Assembly (NCBI GenBank): GCA_036351155.1 | Contig: JAZBOO010000309.1 | Location: forward strand, 1-26,557 | Origin: Candidatus Krumholzibacteriia bacterium | GTDB taxonomy: Bacteria > Krumholzibacteriota > Krumholzibacteriia > LZORAL124-64-63 | DNA: 26,557 nt | Direction of reading: 5' to 3' | Part shown: piece after piece, positions 9,583 to 19,700 of the stretch | Layout of the letters: each line of letters starts with the position of its first letter | Position numbering within the stretch: position 1 is the stretch's first letter | Position numbers and translations under genes: made by a program | Notes under the pieces: generated by a model | Database searches by the model: none | What the model saw: the letters and a program-made list of their open reading frames with translations, nothing else | Told to the model about the DNA's origin: nothing

Positions 9583-11664
9583 ATGAAACGCACGCACGTG
9601 ATCGTTTTGACGATCCTGGCCATGGCCTGGCTGGTGACGGGAGCCGCTCTGGCGGCCGACGGCCAGAAGCTGCAGTGGACCGGTGTGAACTACACCAAGT
9701 TCCTCTGGGGCAACCAGCGCCTCGATGGTTCGATGTACAACTTCACCACCATCCCCGGTGAGGGTGGCGGCGACAACGGCCAGGCCACCGAGTTCGAGCT
9801 GCTCTTCCAGAGCAAGCCGAGCAGCAAGGTCGAGGTCAACGGCCGCATCAAGAGCCGCTTCAACCAGAATCACTGGACCAACTTCGGCGGCTTCGGCGGC
9901 TATCCCGGCAGCGAGTTCGGCGGGACCACGGCCGGCGACGGCGGCGAGTGGGACCCTCGCTCGAACCAGTACATCAAGCTGCGCGGCATCACCGTGACGA
10001 TCACGCCGGGCTACAGCTGGCTGAAGAGGGCCACCATCGGGTCCAATGATTTCGGTATGTATGACCCCTTCACCATCGGCAAGATTCGTTACATCGACCG
10101 CGACAACGGCAAGGGTTTCGTTTTCCAGGGTAACCTGGGTGACGTGGACTACGACCTGACCCGCATCAGCCTGCCCCGCTTGTGGGCCGGCCCCGGTTAC
10201 GGCACGGGCGATTATAACGTCCAGGATGCCGGCTACGGCCTGAAGCTGGGTTACGACAAGGTGGAGAACCTGGACCTGAACTACACCTTCGCCTACGTGA
10301 GCGATGTGGAGATCGATTCCAGCGACTGGCAAGTCAATGACGGCACCGACCTGACCATGCGTCAGCGCAACGCCGTGCACGGTCTGACCGCCGATTTTTC
10401 GCTGGGTGGATTCACCGACGTGGGTCTGCAGGGCTACTACTCCAAGTACTACACCCATGACACCTTCGTGGGCATGAACTCGGGTATCGGCACCTACAGC
10501 GCCTATCCGGTGGGCAACGTGGACGACGTGACCTTCCTGGCGGATGTCGACCTGAACGACCCCCTGGGCAATGGTCTGTCCTTCAACATGCAGTACTTCA
10601 ACATCGGTGCGGATTACGTGTCGGTGCTGGCGGCCCGTCGCGAGTCCGACGTGCTGCTGACCGAAGGCCACGAAGCGGCCTGGTTCTTCCCCCAGGTGAA
10701 CAATGCGGCGTGGGGCGGCGGTGCTCTCATGGGTTACGGCGGCTTCCTGGGCCATGCCCAGCAGGTGGCCACCACCAACGTGGACAACGAGTTCATCGAT
10801 TTCGACGAGCCCCTGGCCGAGACGGCCATCGGCTGGAAGGGTTTCACCATCGCGCCCAGCTGGGGTGCCGGAAACCTGGACCTGGCCGGTGAGTTCAGCT
10901 ACATCGACTACAACACCAACTGGCAGATGTGGGGCGACAGTGCCTACAGCTGGGGAATGCATCCCTATCCCACAGCCGAGCCCGGTTCCGGTATGCTGTC
11001 GGCGCGCAACGCCTACATGCCCTTCCAGGAGAAGACCACCAACATCTTCATGATCAAGGGTGAGTACTTCCTCGAAGGTCCGGAAATCGAACTTCATGGT
11101 CGCTTCAAGTACGTGGACGAAGAGGATCTCCGGATCAACGACGACATGTACGTGCCCTACAACACCGACGGCAGCGTCAACAATGCCGAAACGGCCGCCC
11201 ACTTCAGCGACACGCCGGGCCAGGTCTGGAAATCGTTCAACGACAAGGCGGACGATGACAAGCAGATGGACATGATGGTGTTCGAGTTCGGCGCCGGCAA
11301 GCAGCTGACCGATGAGCTGTTCGCCGACCTGACCTTCGTGGCCTACGATGTTGACCTGGTGGACGGCAACAGCGCCTTCCAGGCCTGGAACGCCCACACC
11401 ATGGCCGGCGGCCAGCACAACCGGAACGACATCATCCTGACCGCGAATTACATCGTGGGCGGGGTCGAATTCGGCGGCACCTGGCAGTTCGCCTTCGGGG
11501 AGTACGCTCCCGATTACGGCGACGGCTACACGGTCGAATACCGCACCAAGCCCGACGGCACGCAGCAGCCCGGTTTCACCGGCCGCTGGGGTCGCTGGAA
11601 CTCTCTGGAGAAACAGAAGTTTGATCACCGTCGCATGAAGGTCTACATGAAGTTGAACTTCTAG
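9583..11664 (+). CDS. Hypothetical outer-membrane beta-barrel protein, candidate maltodextrin channel
   Basis: AAGGAG RBS and signal peptide ending AALA-A. Rich in G/N/D/Y/W/F, with many amphipathic beta-strand-like segments and no internal TM helices. Ends KVYMKLNF, a terminal-Phe beta-signal. Strong C-ending codon bias. Confidence 0.7.
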   Translation: MKRTHVIVLTILAMAWLVTGAALAADGQKLQWTGVNYTKFLWGNQRLDGSMYNFTTIPGEGGGDNGQATEFELLFQSKPSSKVEVNGRIKSRFNQNHWTNFGGFGGYPGSEFGGTTAGDGGEWDPRSNQYIKLRGITVTITPGYSWLKRATIGSNDFGMYDPFTIGKIRYIDRDNGKGFVFQGNLGDVDYDLTRISLPRLWAGPGYGTGDYNVQDAGYGLKLGYDKVENLDLNYTFAYVSDVEIDSSDWQVNDGTDLTMRQRNAVHGLTADFSLGGFTDVGLQGYYSKYYTHDTFVGMNSGIGTYSAYPVGNVDDVTFLADVDLNDPLGNGLSFNMQYFNIGADYVSVLAARRESDVLLTEGHEAAWFFPQVNNAAWGGGALMGYGGFLGHAQQVATTNVDNEFIDFDEPLAETAIGWKGFTIAPSWGAGNLDLAGEFSYIDYNTNWQMWGDSAYSWGMHPYPTAEPGSGMLSARNAYMPFQEKTTNIFMIKGEYFLEGPEIELHGRFKYVDEEDLRINDDMYVPYNTDGSVNNAETAAHFSDTPGQVWKSFNDKADDDKQMDMMVFEFGAGKQLTDELFADLTFVAYDVDLVDGNSAFQAWNAHTMAGGQHNRNDIILTANYIVGGVEFGGTWQFAFGEYAPDYGDGYTVEYRTKPDGTQQPGFTGRWGRWNSLEKQKFDHRRMKVYMKLNF

Positions 11665-11700
11665 CAGTCGGTGTCGAAATGACCACTGTTTGATCCTCAT

Positions 11701-11737
11701 GGACCTCGGGGCTGCGGCCCCGGGGTCCGGTTTTCTT
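11701..11737 (+). terminator. Stem-loop after the outer-membrane protein gene (intrinsic terminator or mRNA-stabilising hairpin)
   Basis: GGACCTCGGGGC-tgcg-GCCCCGGGGTCC forms a 12-bp stem with one G-U pair and is followed by GGTTTTCTT. Confidence 0.7.
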
Positions 11738-11759
11738 GAGCTTCGTCGGAGGAATCTGC

Positions 11760-14261
11760 ATGTCCACCTGGAAGTCCCTGACCCTGGCCGTTGCCCTGCT
11801 TCTTGTTTCCTGGACGGCCGCGGCCTCAACGGTTTTCGAAATCACCGACCCCAGGGGCGATGACCACGGGGACGGCAATCTCCTCTATCCCTCCCAGCGC
11901 TTCCGGGAAGGCGACCTGGACCTCAAGTCGTTCAAGGTGGAAAACAAGGGCGACAAGGCGGTGTTCACCGTCGAGTTCCACAACCGGATCCGGGAACCCG
12001 AACGGGGCGCGGCCGACGAGCTGGGCAACGATTTCACGCGTATCGCCCGCAACGGTTTTTACCAGTTCAACATCGACATCTACATCGACACCGACCGCCG
12101 CCTGGGCTCGGGTCATGTGCGCACGCTGCCCGGCCGTCTGGCCACCATCGATCCGGCGGCGGCCTGGGATGTGGCGGTCATTGCCACTCCCCGTCCCGCG
12201 GTCACGCAGCGGATGCTGCAGGGCCTGCTCGAGGAAGAGCTTCGGGAAACGGTCATGGACGGAAAATCCGCGCCCGGTCTGGACAACGCGCGCCAGATGT
12301 CCGCCACCATCGATCGCCGCACGCTTTTCCCCGGCAGCTTCAAGGTGCGGGGAAGCCGCATCAGCTTCGAGGTCAGCCACGACGAGCTGGGTGGCGTTCC
12401 GCAGGACACCTGGGGCTACACGGTTTTCGTGACCGGGGCCAACCTGGAAGCCAGTCTGGAACTCATGTCAGGCATGGGCGGTCGGGAAAGCCTGGAGCAC
12501 CAGCTGGGCGTGTTGCCCATTTCCCCCGGCGAGTGGACCGATCGGATGGGGGGAGGGCGACCCGGCGAAGCCCTGCAGCCGCCCATCGTGGATCTGTTCG
12601 TGCCCGAAGGGGAAAAACAGGAATGGATCCTCGGGGATTTCGATAGCAGCCTGTCCCGTCGGGTCATGCTGCCCGCGGTGGTTCCCGGGCGGAGCGCCCC
12701 GCGGAAAGAGGTTGCCGGGAAGCTGGCCGCCGGCCCCTGGCAGCTCGACCGCTGGCAAGGGCAGACCTCCTACGAGATTTTTGTCCGCAGTTTTCAGGAC
12801 AGTGACGGCGATGGCATCGGGGACTTCAACGGGCTGATCAGCCGCCTGGATTATCTGAATGACGGCAACCCGGAAACGCAAACCGATCTGGGCATCGGCG
12901 CCCTCTGGCTGATGCCGGTTTTCGCCTCGCCCAGCTATCACGGTTATGACACCATCGATTATTACCGGGTCAATCCCCAGTACGGCACCGAGGAGGACTT
13001 CGACCGCCTGCTGGCCGAATGCCATCGCCGGGGGATCAAGGTGGTGCTGGATTACATGATGAACCACAGCAGCGCTCAGCATCCCTGGTTCGTCGAGAGC
13101 GCCTCGGGGCCCGATGCGGACAAGCGGGACTGGTACGTGTGGCGTGACGACGATCCGGGCTGGACCCAGCCCTGGGGCGGCACCAACCCCACCTGGCACC
13201 GACGGGGCAATCAGTATTACTACGGGATCTTCTGGGGGGGTATGCCCGACTTCAACTTTGCCAACCCCGAGGTCATGAAGGAAGCCCAGAGCATTGCCCG
13301 GTTCTGGCTGGACCGGGGAGTGGACGGCTTCCGGCTGGATGCTGCCCGGCATCTGACCGCCACCGGCCCCGGGGAACAGCAGAACGACACCCCGGAGACC
13401 CATGCCGCCTGGCAGGAGTTTTCCGGGTTCATGCGGCGGGAATACCCGGATCGCCTCATGCTGGGTGAGATCTGGGCCGATGCCGCGCAGATCGCTCCCT
13501 ACTACGGCGACACCCAGGCGGTGGCCGGCGGTGACGAGTTCGCCATGACCTTCAATTTTCCCCTGGCCGGCGGAGCGGTCCAGTCGGTGAACCTGGGGGA
13601 CAATGGCCCCCTGCTGGCGGCGCTGACCCGCATGCGCACCCATTATCCCGCCGGAATCCTTGACGGGACCTTTCTGACCAATCACGACATGGTGCGGGTG
13701 GCTTCCCAGCTGGGCAACGATCCGGCCAAGCTGCGGCAGGCCGCCGCGGTGCTGCTCACCTTGCCGGGCAACCCGTGGCTGTACTACGGGGAGGAGATCG
13801 GCCTGCGCAACGGCACGGCCACCGGCGATGAGGACAAGCGCACGCCCATGCCCTGGACCGCCGATGATACCGGGTTCACCACCGGCGTGCCCTGGTACCG
13901 CTTTGCACCGGGCCGCGACACGGCCAACGTGGCCGACCAGCTGAATGATCCGGGCAGCTTGCTCGCCCGCTATCGCACCTTGATTCACCTGCGCAACGGC
14001 TCGGCGGCTCTGTCCCTGGGCGCGCTCTATCCGGTCATTCTGGAGCCCGCGTTGCGGGATGTGGTGGCCTGGGAGCGGCGGCGGGGAAGTGAGCGGTTGC
14101 TGGTGATCCACAACCTGGCCGACGAGGCACGGACGGTGACCTGGGTTCTCGAAGGTGCGGGATCGTACCAGCTGGTGTTTGGCGATCCCGGGGTGGGCCT
14201 GCCTGCCGGTGGAGGGTTGACCTTGCCGGCCCGGGCCACGGGGATCTGGCGGGTCGACTGA
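11760..14261 (+). CDS. Secreted two-domain protein: N-terminal glucodextranase-type DOMON-like domain plus C-terminal GH13 alpha-amylase (AmyA/GH13_36-like)
   Basis: GGAGGA RBS before ATG 11760 and a signal peptide. DOMON-like motifs ITDPRGDDHGDGNLLYPS, DLDLKSFKV and NIDIYIDTD. GH13 motifs from ~12740: YEIFVRSFQDSDGDGIGD, SYHGYD, DYMMNH, GFRLDAARH, GEIW, TNHD and YYGEEIG. Confidence 0.9.
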   Translation: MSTWKSLTLAVALLLVSWTAAASTVFEITDPRGDDHGDGNLLYPSQRFREGDLDLKSFKVENKGDKAVFTVEFHNRIREPERGAADELGNDFTRIARNGFYQFNIDIYIDTDRRLGSGHVRTLPGRLATIDPAAAWDVAVIATPRPAVTQRMLQGLLEEELRETVMDGKSAPGLDNARQMSATIDRRTLFPGSFKVRGSRISFEVSHDELGGVPQDTWGYTVFVTGANLEASLELMSGMGGRESLEHQLGVLPISPGEWTDRMGGGRPGEALQPPIVDLFVPEGEKQEWILGDFDSSLSRRVMLPAVVPGRSAPRKEVAGKLAAGPWQLDRWQGQTSYEIFVRSFQDSDGDGIGDFNGLISRLDYLNDGNPETQTDLGIGALWLMPVFASPSYHGYDTIDYYRVNPQYGTEEDFDRLLAECHRRGIKVVLDYMMNHSSAQHPWFVESASGPDADKRDWYVWRDDDPGWTQPWGGTNPTWHRRGNQYYYGIFWGGMPDFNFANPEVMKEAQSIARFWLDRGVDGFRLDAARHLTATGPGEQQNDTPETHAAWQEFSGFMRREYPDRLMLGEIWADAAQIAPYYGDTQAVAGGDEFAMTFNFPLAGGAVQSVNLGDNGPLLAALTRMRTHYPAGILDGTFLTNHDMVRVASQLGNDPAKLRQAAAVLLTLPGNPWLYYGEEIGLRNGTATGDEDKRTPMPWTADDTGFTTGVPWYRFAPGRDTANVADQLNDPGSLLARYRTLIHLRNGSAALSLGALYPVILEPALRDVVAWERRRGSERLLVIHNLADEARTVTWVLEGAGSYQLVFGDPGVGLPAGGGLTLPARATGIWRVD

Positions 14262-14273
14262 GCCGACCCGGTG

Positions 14274-15167
14274 TCAGTCGCGGTTGTTGAATATCCCGGC
14301 CACGCCGGCCACCACCAGGGCGGCGCCGGTCAAGGTGTAGCCGGTGACCTCTTCGCCCAGAAGTAGCCAGCCCAGAAACACGGCGATGACGGGGTTGGCG
14401 TAGGCATAGGTCATGACCACCTGGTAGGGCAGGAGCCGCAGGGTGGCCATGTAGCTGGTGAAGGCCACCACCGATCCGAACAGCACCAGATAGCCCCAGG
14501 CCAGCCAGGCCTCGGAGGTGGGGGCGGGCAACGGCTCGCCCCTGATCAGAATGACCACCAGGAAACCCAGCCCGCCGCATATTTGCTGCCAGGCCGAAAC
14601 CGCGCGGATGGTCAAATCAGGCTTTCGGCGCTGAAACCAGATGGAGCCCAGGGCCCAGAAAAAGGGCGCCAGCAGCAGGGCCACCACGCCCAGCACATCG
14701 GCCTGGGTTCCCTGACGCAGGATGGGAGTTGAGAGCACGCCCACCCCCGCAAATCCCAGGAGGATGGCTCCCAGCATCCTGGCCGAGGGCAGCTTGCGAT
14801 CGGTCACCGCGTTGATCAGTTCGCCCCAGATGGGCATGGCGGCCACCAGCAAGGCGGCCAGTCCGGAAGAGGCCCGCATTTCCGCCCAGGTCACCAGACC
14901 GTTGCCGCCGACCCACAGCAGGATGCCGCTGCCCAGCATGAGCAGGAACTCGGACCGGGTCAACCGGAGGCGGTCACCTTTGAGCCAGGCCCAGGCCAGG
15001 AGGATTCCGCTGGCGGCGACCACCCGCATGAACGCCAGGGTGAAGGGCGGAAAACCGGCGCCCTCGCGCACGGCCACCCGGATGGCCAGGTAGGTGCTCC
15101 CCCAGACCAGATACACCACCATCAGGTGGAACAGTCCGGTGCGGTTGAGGGGTTCGTTGCGGGCCAT
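14274..15167 (-). CDS. EamA/DMT-family drug/metabolite transporter (YedA-like)
   Basis: About ten hydrophobic segments with motifs VYLVWGSTYLAIR, FPPF, GGNGLVTWAE, GSVVAFTSY and TYAYANPVIAVFLG. Start placed at MARNEP (15167); the upstream in-frame extension overlaps promoter DNA. Confidence 0.9.
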   Translation of the reverse strand: MARNEPLNRTGLFHLMVVYLVWGSTYLAIRVAVREGAGFPPFTLAFMRVVAASGILLAWAWLKGDRLRLTRSEFLLMLGSGILLWVGGNGLVTWAEMRASSGLAALLVAAMPIWGELINAVTDRKLPSARMLGAILLGFAGVGVLSTPILRQGTQADVLGVVALLLAPFFWALGSIWFQRRKPDLTIRAVSAWQQICGGLGFLVVILIRGEPLPAPTSEAWLAWGYLVLFGSVVAFTSYMATLRLLPYQVVMTYAYANPVIAVFLGWLLLGEEVTGYTLTGAALVVAGVAGIFNNRD

Positions 15168-15213
15168 GAGATCTTTCCGGAAAAGGGTGTTTCCACTGGG
15201 GGATGGTGGGGGG

Positions 15214-15242
15214 AAGATACCCCTCTGCATAGATTGCCCCAA
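15214..15242 (-). promoter_or_regulatory. Candidate sigma70-type promoter for the EamA gene
   Basis: On the minus strand: TTGGGG (15242-15237), 17 nt, TATCTT (15219-15214), about 47 nt upstream of the start codon. Confidence 0.4.
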
Positions 15243-15282
15243 GATAAATCTGTCGGCAGCACTCCCGGCCGGCAGTCCCCCC

Positions 15283-15311
15283 TTGACCCTTCCGGGGGGC
15301 GCAGGTACATT
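15283..15311 (+). promoter_or_regulatory. Sigma70-type promoter of the purB operon
   Basis: TTGACC (15283-15288), 17-nt spacer, TACATT (15306-15311), in the divergent intergenic region. Confidence 0.65.
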
Positions 15312-15423
15312 CCCGAGGTCACATCGACCAGCCTTCGGCAACGGATTCCGGTTTTCAACACGGGGGTCCTGTTGTGTTCGTCTTTTTACCGGTCCTTCAA
15401 TCCGTCCAATTCGTGGAGTGCCA

Positions 15424-16728
15424 ATGATTTCCCGTTATGCCAGCCCCGAGATGACCGCCATCTGGTCCGACGAGAACCGGTTCCGCATCTGGCAGGAAGT
15501 GGAAACCGTGGTGTGTGAGGTGCGTGCCGATCGAGGAGAAATCCCCGCCCAGGCCGCCCGCGAGATCCGCGAGCGCGGCAATTTCGACACCGCCCGGGTG
15601 CTGGAGATCGAAAAGACCGTCCAGCACGATGTCATCGCCTTCCTGACCAACCTGGCCGAGTACGTGGGCGAAAGCAGCCGCTTTGTGCACCAGGGCATGA
15701 CCAGCAGCGATCTGCTGGACACGGCCCTGGCCCTGCAGATCCACGAGGCGGGGCAGGTGTTGCGTCAGGCCCTGATCAAGCTGCTCGATACGGTCGAGGC
15801 CCGCGCCGTGAAGGAAAAAGACACGGTGATGATCGGCCGCAGTCACGGCATCCATGCCGAACCCACCACCTTCGGTCTGAAGCTGCTGGTCTACTGGAGC
15901 GCTCTGGAGCGTGGTCTGCGCCGATTCGATGCCGCGCAGGAAGAAATCGCCTACGGCCAGGTGTCCGGAGCGGTGGGCACCATTGCCCACCTGGATCCCG
16001 AGGTCGAGGAAGCCACCATGGAGCGCCTGGGCCTCAAGGTCGACCCCGCCAGCACGCAGATTGTCCAGCGAGACCGCCACGCCAACTGGCTGCAGGCGGT
16101 GGCCACCCTGGGCGCGACCATCGAGCAGATGGCCGTGGAAATTCGCAACCTGCAGCGGACCGATGTGCACGAGGTGGAAGAGAGTTTCGGCAAGGGGCAG
16201 AAGGGCAGCAGCGCCATGCCTCACAAGAAGAACCCCATCGTCAGCGAGAAGCTGACCGGCATGGCCCGCCTGCTGCGCGGCTATGCCCACACCGCCCTGG
16301 AGAACGTGGCCTTGTGGCACGAGCGGGACATCAGCCACAGCTCGGTGGAGCGGATCATTTTTCCCGACGCCTGCCACACCCTGCACCACATGCTGAACAA
16401 GATGGAGTGGCTGATCCGGGGCCTGGTGGTCTATCCCGAGAACATGAAGGCCAACATGGACAAGGTGCGCGGCATGTTCTTCAGTCAGCCGGTGCTGCTG
16501 GCGTTGACCGAAGCGGGCGTCAGCCGCGAGGACGCCTATGCCCGGGTGCAGGCCTGCGCCATGCGGGTGTGGGATGAGGACATCGATCTGCGCTCGTCGC
16601 TGGGGCAAGACCCCGGCATCACCGATTCTCTGAGCGAAGACGTTCTGGATCGCTGTTTTGATCTGGACCATCAGCTGCGCAACGTTCCTGTTATCTTCTC
16701 GCGCACGCTGGCTCTGAAAAACTGGTAA
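15424..16728 (+). CDS. purB: Adenylosuccinate lyase
   Basis: Starts [10 protein letters not shown] after a GGAG RBS. Motifs [29 protein letters not shown], the signature [14 protein letters not shown] and [13 protein letters not shown]. Confidence 0.97.
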   Translation: MISRYASPEMTAIWSDENRFRIWQEVETVVCEVRADRGEIPAQAAREIRERGNFDTARVLEIEKTVQHDVIAFLTNLAEYVGESSRFVHQGMTSSDLLDTALALQIHEAGQVLRQALIKLLDTVEARAVKEKDTVMIGRSHGIHAEPTTFGLKLLVYWSALERGLRRFDAAQEEIAYGQVSGAVGTIAHLDPEVEEATMERLGLKVDPASTQIVQRDRHANWLQAVATLGATIEQMAVEIRNLQRTDVHEVEESFGKGQKGSSAMPHKKNPIVSEKLTGMARLLRGYAHTALENVALWHERDISHSSVERIIFPDACHTLHHMLNKMEWLIRGLVVYPENMKANMDKVRGMFFSQPVLLALTEAGVSREDAYARVQACAMRVWDEDIDLRSSLGQDPGITDSLSEDVLDRCFDLDHQLRNVPVIFSRTLALKNW

Positions 16729-16763
16729 CCCGGACTGCGGGACGCCCGGGAAAGGACACGGCA

Positions 16764-19700
16764 TTGGCCCTCACGGATGAAAGTTTCACTCCCATTGCGG
16801 TGGGCAGCTACGATGACGCCGCCCTGACCACCTACCTCAAGGAACACGGCCTGACTCTGGCGCCCAGCGAGGCCCGCAAGGTGGCCGACCTCCTGGGGCG
16901 CGATCCCACCCTGACCGAGATGACCCTGTTCGACACCATGTGGAGTGAGCACTGCTCGTACAAGAGCAGCCGTCCCCATCTGAAGGCCAACCTGCCGACC
17001 ACCGGCGAAAACGTGGTGGTGGGACCGGTCGAGGACGCGGGCATCGTGGACTTCGGCGTGATCAACGGCAAGAAATACGGGATTATCTTTGCTCACGAGA
17101 GCCACAACCATCCCAGTCAGGTCATGCCCGTCGAGGGGGCGGCCACGGGCATCGGCGGCATCGTGCGCGACGTGTACTGCATGGGCGGCCAGGTGATCGC
17201 CACCCTGGATCCCCTGCGGTTTGGGTGGCCCATGCCTGAATCGCCCGACGACACCGGGGCCCCGCACCGGCTGGATATTGCCCGACAGGTGGTCGATGGG
17301 ATCTGGCAGTACGGGAATGCCATCGGGGTGCCCAACCTGGGGGGCGACACCTACTTTCATCCCAGCTTCAACGAGAATTGCCTGGTCAACGTGGTGGCCG
17401 TGGGTCTGGTCGAGCACGACCACATCACCCACAGCGCCGTGCCCAAGGAAGCGGCGGACGAACCCTACGACCTGATCCTGGTGGGCAAGCCCACCGACTG
17501 GTCGGGCATGGGGGGAGCGGCCTTTGCTTCGGCCACCCTGGACGCCGAGCAGGCCATGGAAAACAAGGGCTCGGTGCAGACGCCCGACCCCTTCCTGAAG
17601 CGTATCCTGACCGTGGCCAACACCGCTGTCCTGGAGATGGCCCGTGCCGAGGGCGTGACCATCGGCTTCAAGGACCTGGGCGCCGGCGGAGTAAGCTGCG
17701 TGACCAGTGAGCTGGCCGACGCCGGCGGCTTCGGCTGCGATGTCGATCTGGCCCTGGTGCACCAGATTGCCGACTTGCCCGCCCGGGTGTGTGCCTGCAG
17801 CGAAACTCAGGAGCGATATGGTCTGGCGGTGCCGGCCCGCTTGACCGAGCAGGTCCTGAAGATCTACAACGAGGACTTTGCCTTGCCCTCGCTGTACGAA
17901 GGCGCCAGTGCTTGCCGCATTGGCAAGGTGACCCGCAAACGGCAATACATTCTGCGCCATGGAGATCGCATCCTGGCCGATGCGCCCATCGACACCATCA
18001 CCGAGGGTATTGCCTACGACCGGCCGGCCACGGCTCCCCGGCGTCCCGATGTGCCGGAAGATGCCCGCCTGACCGAGGCCCCTGTGTCCGAACTGCCGGG
18101 CGAGTGGATGAAACTGCTGGCCCACCCCAACGTGGCGAGCAAGGAATACGTGTTCCGTCACTACGACAGCGAGGTGCAGGCCAACACCATCTTGCGTCCG
18201 GGCGAGGCCGACGCGGGAGTGATTGCTCCGGTGCCCGGCAGCCGCCGCGCCGTGGCGCTGAGTGCCGATGGGAACCCTCTGCTGGGGCTGGCCGATCCCT
18301 GGACCGCCGGAGCCAGCGCCGTGCTCGAAGCATGCCGCAACACCGCCTGCGTGGGCGGGCAGCCGGCGGCCATCACCGATTGCCTGAACTTCGGCAATCC
18401 CGAGGTGCCTGAATCGTTCTGGGAGTTCACCGAATCGGTGCGCGGCGTGGGCGATGCCTGCCGTGGCGTGGGCTGTTACGCGCGACCCGACGCCCCCCTG
18501 CCGGTGATCTCCGGCAACGTCAGCTTCTACAACCAGAGCAGCACCGGGCGGTCGGTGGCTCCATCGCCCATCGTGGGCTGTGTGGCCATCGTCGACGACT
18601 ACACCAAGAGCCGGAGCCAGCACCTGAAAAATCCGGGAGATATCATGCTTCTGGTCGGGGCCCGGCAAAAGGAAACCGGCGGCTCGTTGTACCTGGACCA
18701 GGGCGGTCAGGCGGGTCGTCCCGCCGTGCCCGAGGTGGATTTCGAGGCTGCCCGCACCGAGATTCGCGCGGTCATCGACCTGGTGGCCAAGGGGCAGGTG
18801 AATGCCGCCCACGACATCAGCGATGGCGGATTGGCCATTTGCCTCAGTGAAATGGCCCTGGGGCTGGAGGCCGCCTCGTACCTGGGCGCGGACATCCGGC
18901 TGCCCGAACTGGGGGATCTGACCGAGCGGGAAATTCTCTTCGGCGAGGCCGGCGGATTTGTCCTGACGGTGCCGCCCCTGGAAATGGAACGGGCTGCCGA
19001 GGTGCTGGACAAGGCGGGCTGCGACTGGTGGCCCCTGGGCAAGGTGGCGGCCAGCGATCGTCTGGAAGTTCGCAACCATCGCGGGGACCTGGTGGTCGAC
19101 CTGGGGTTGAAGGAGATGGCCCACGTGTGGCAAACGGCGTTGCCCCGCTTGCTGGGCGGAGAGGAGGCGGCTTCCGTGGTGCCCGAGCCGTCGGGCCTGA
19201 GCATGGTCGAGAGTGCGGCCACAGCTCCGCCCATGGTGAACCTGGCCGCCCGACCGCGGCTGGCCGTGGTGCAGTTGCCGGGTGTCAATTGCGAGAACGA
19301 ATCGGCCCGCTTGCTGGACCAGCTGGGGGCCCAGGCCGAGATCTTCCGCTGGACCCGTCAGCCCGCCGATCTGGCCCGGTTTGACGGCTACCTCATTCCC
19401 GGCGGCTTCAGTTATCAGGATCGAGTACGCGCCGGCGCCGTGGCGGCCAAGGATCCTCTGCTGCGCGTGCTGCTGGAAGGGGCCGAGCAGGGCAAGCCCA
19501 TTCTGGGGATCTGCAACGGCTGTCAGGTGCTGGTCGAGGCCGGCCTGGTGCCGGGCCTGGAGCCGGGATCCGTGGAAGTGGCTCTGGCCAGCAATCGTTA
19601 CCCCGGACGAGACGGCTACCATGCCACCTGGGTGACGGTCATGGCGCATCCCCGGGCGCGCACGCCGTTCGTCGAGGGCCTGAACCAGGTTCTGCCCTTG

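Noticed and set aside
15094..15423. N-terminal extensions of purB (from 15094) and EamA (from 15341) in the ORF track
   Set aside because: They overlap each other and the divergent promoters. The family-typical starts are at 15424 (with a GGAG RBS) and 15167.
19233..19250. In-frame ATG just before the PurQ domain as a separate purQ start
   Set aside because: There is no upstream stop in frame and no recognisable RBS, so it is treated as part of the fusion linker.
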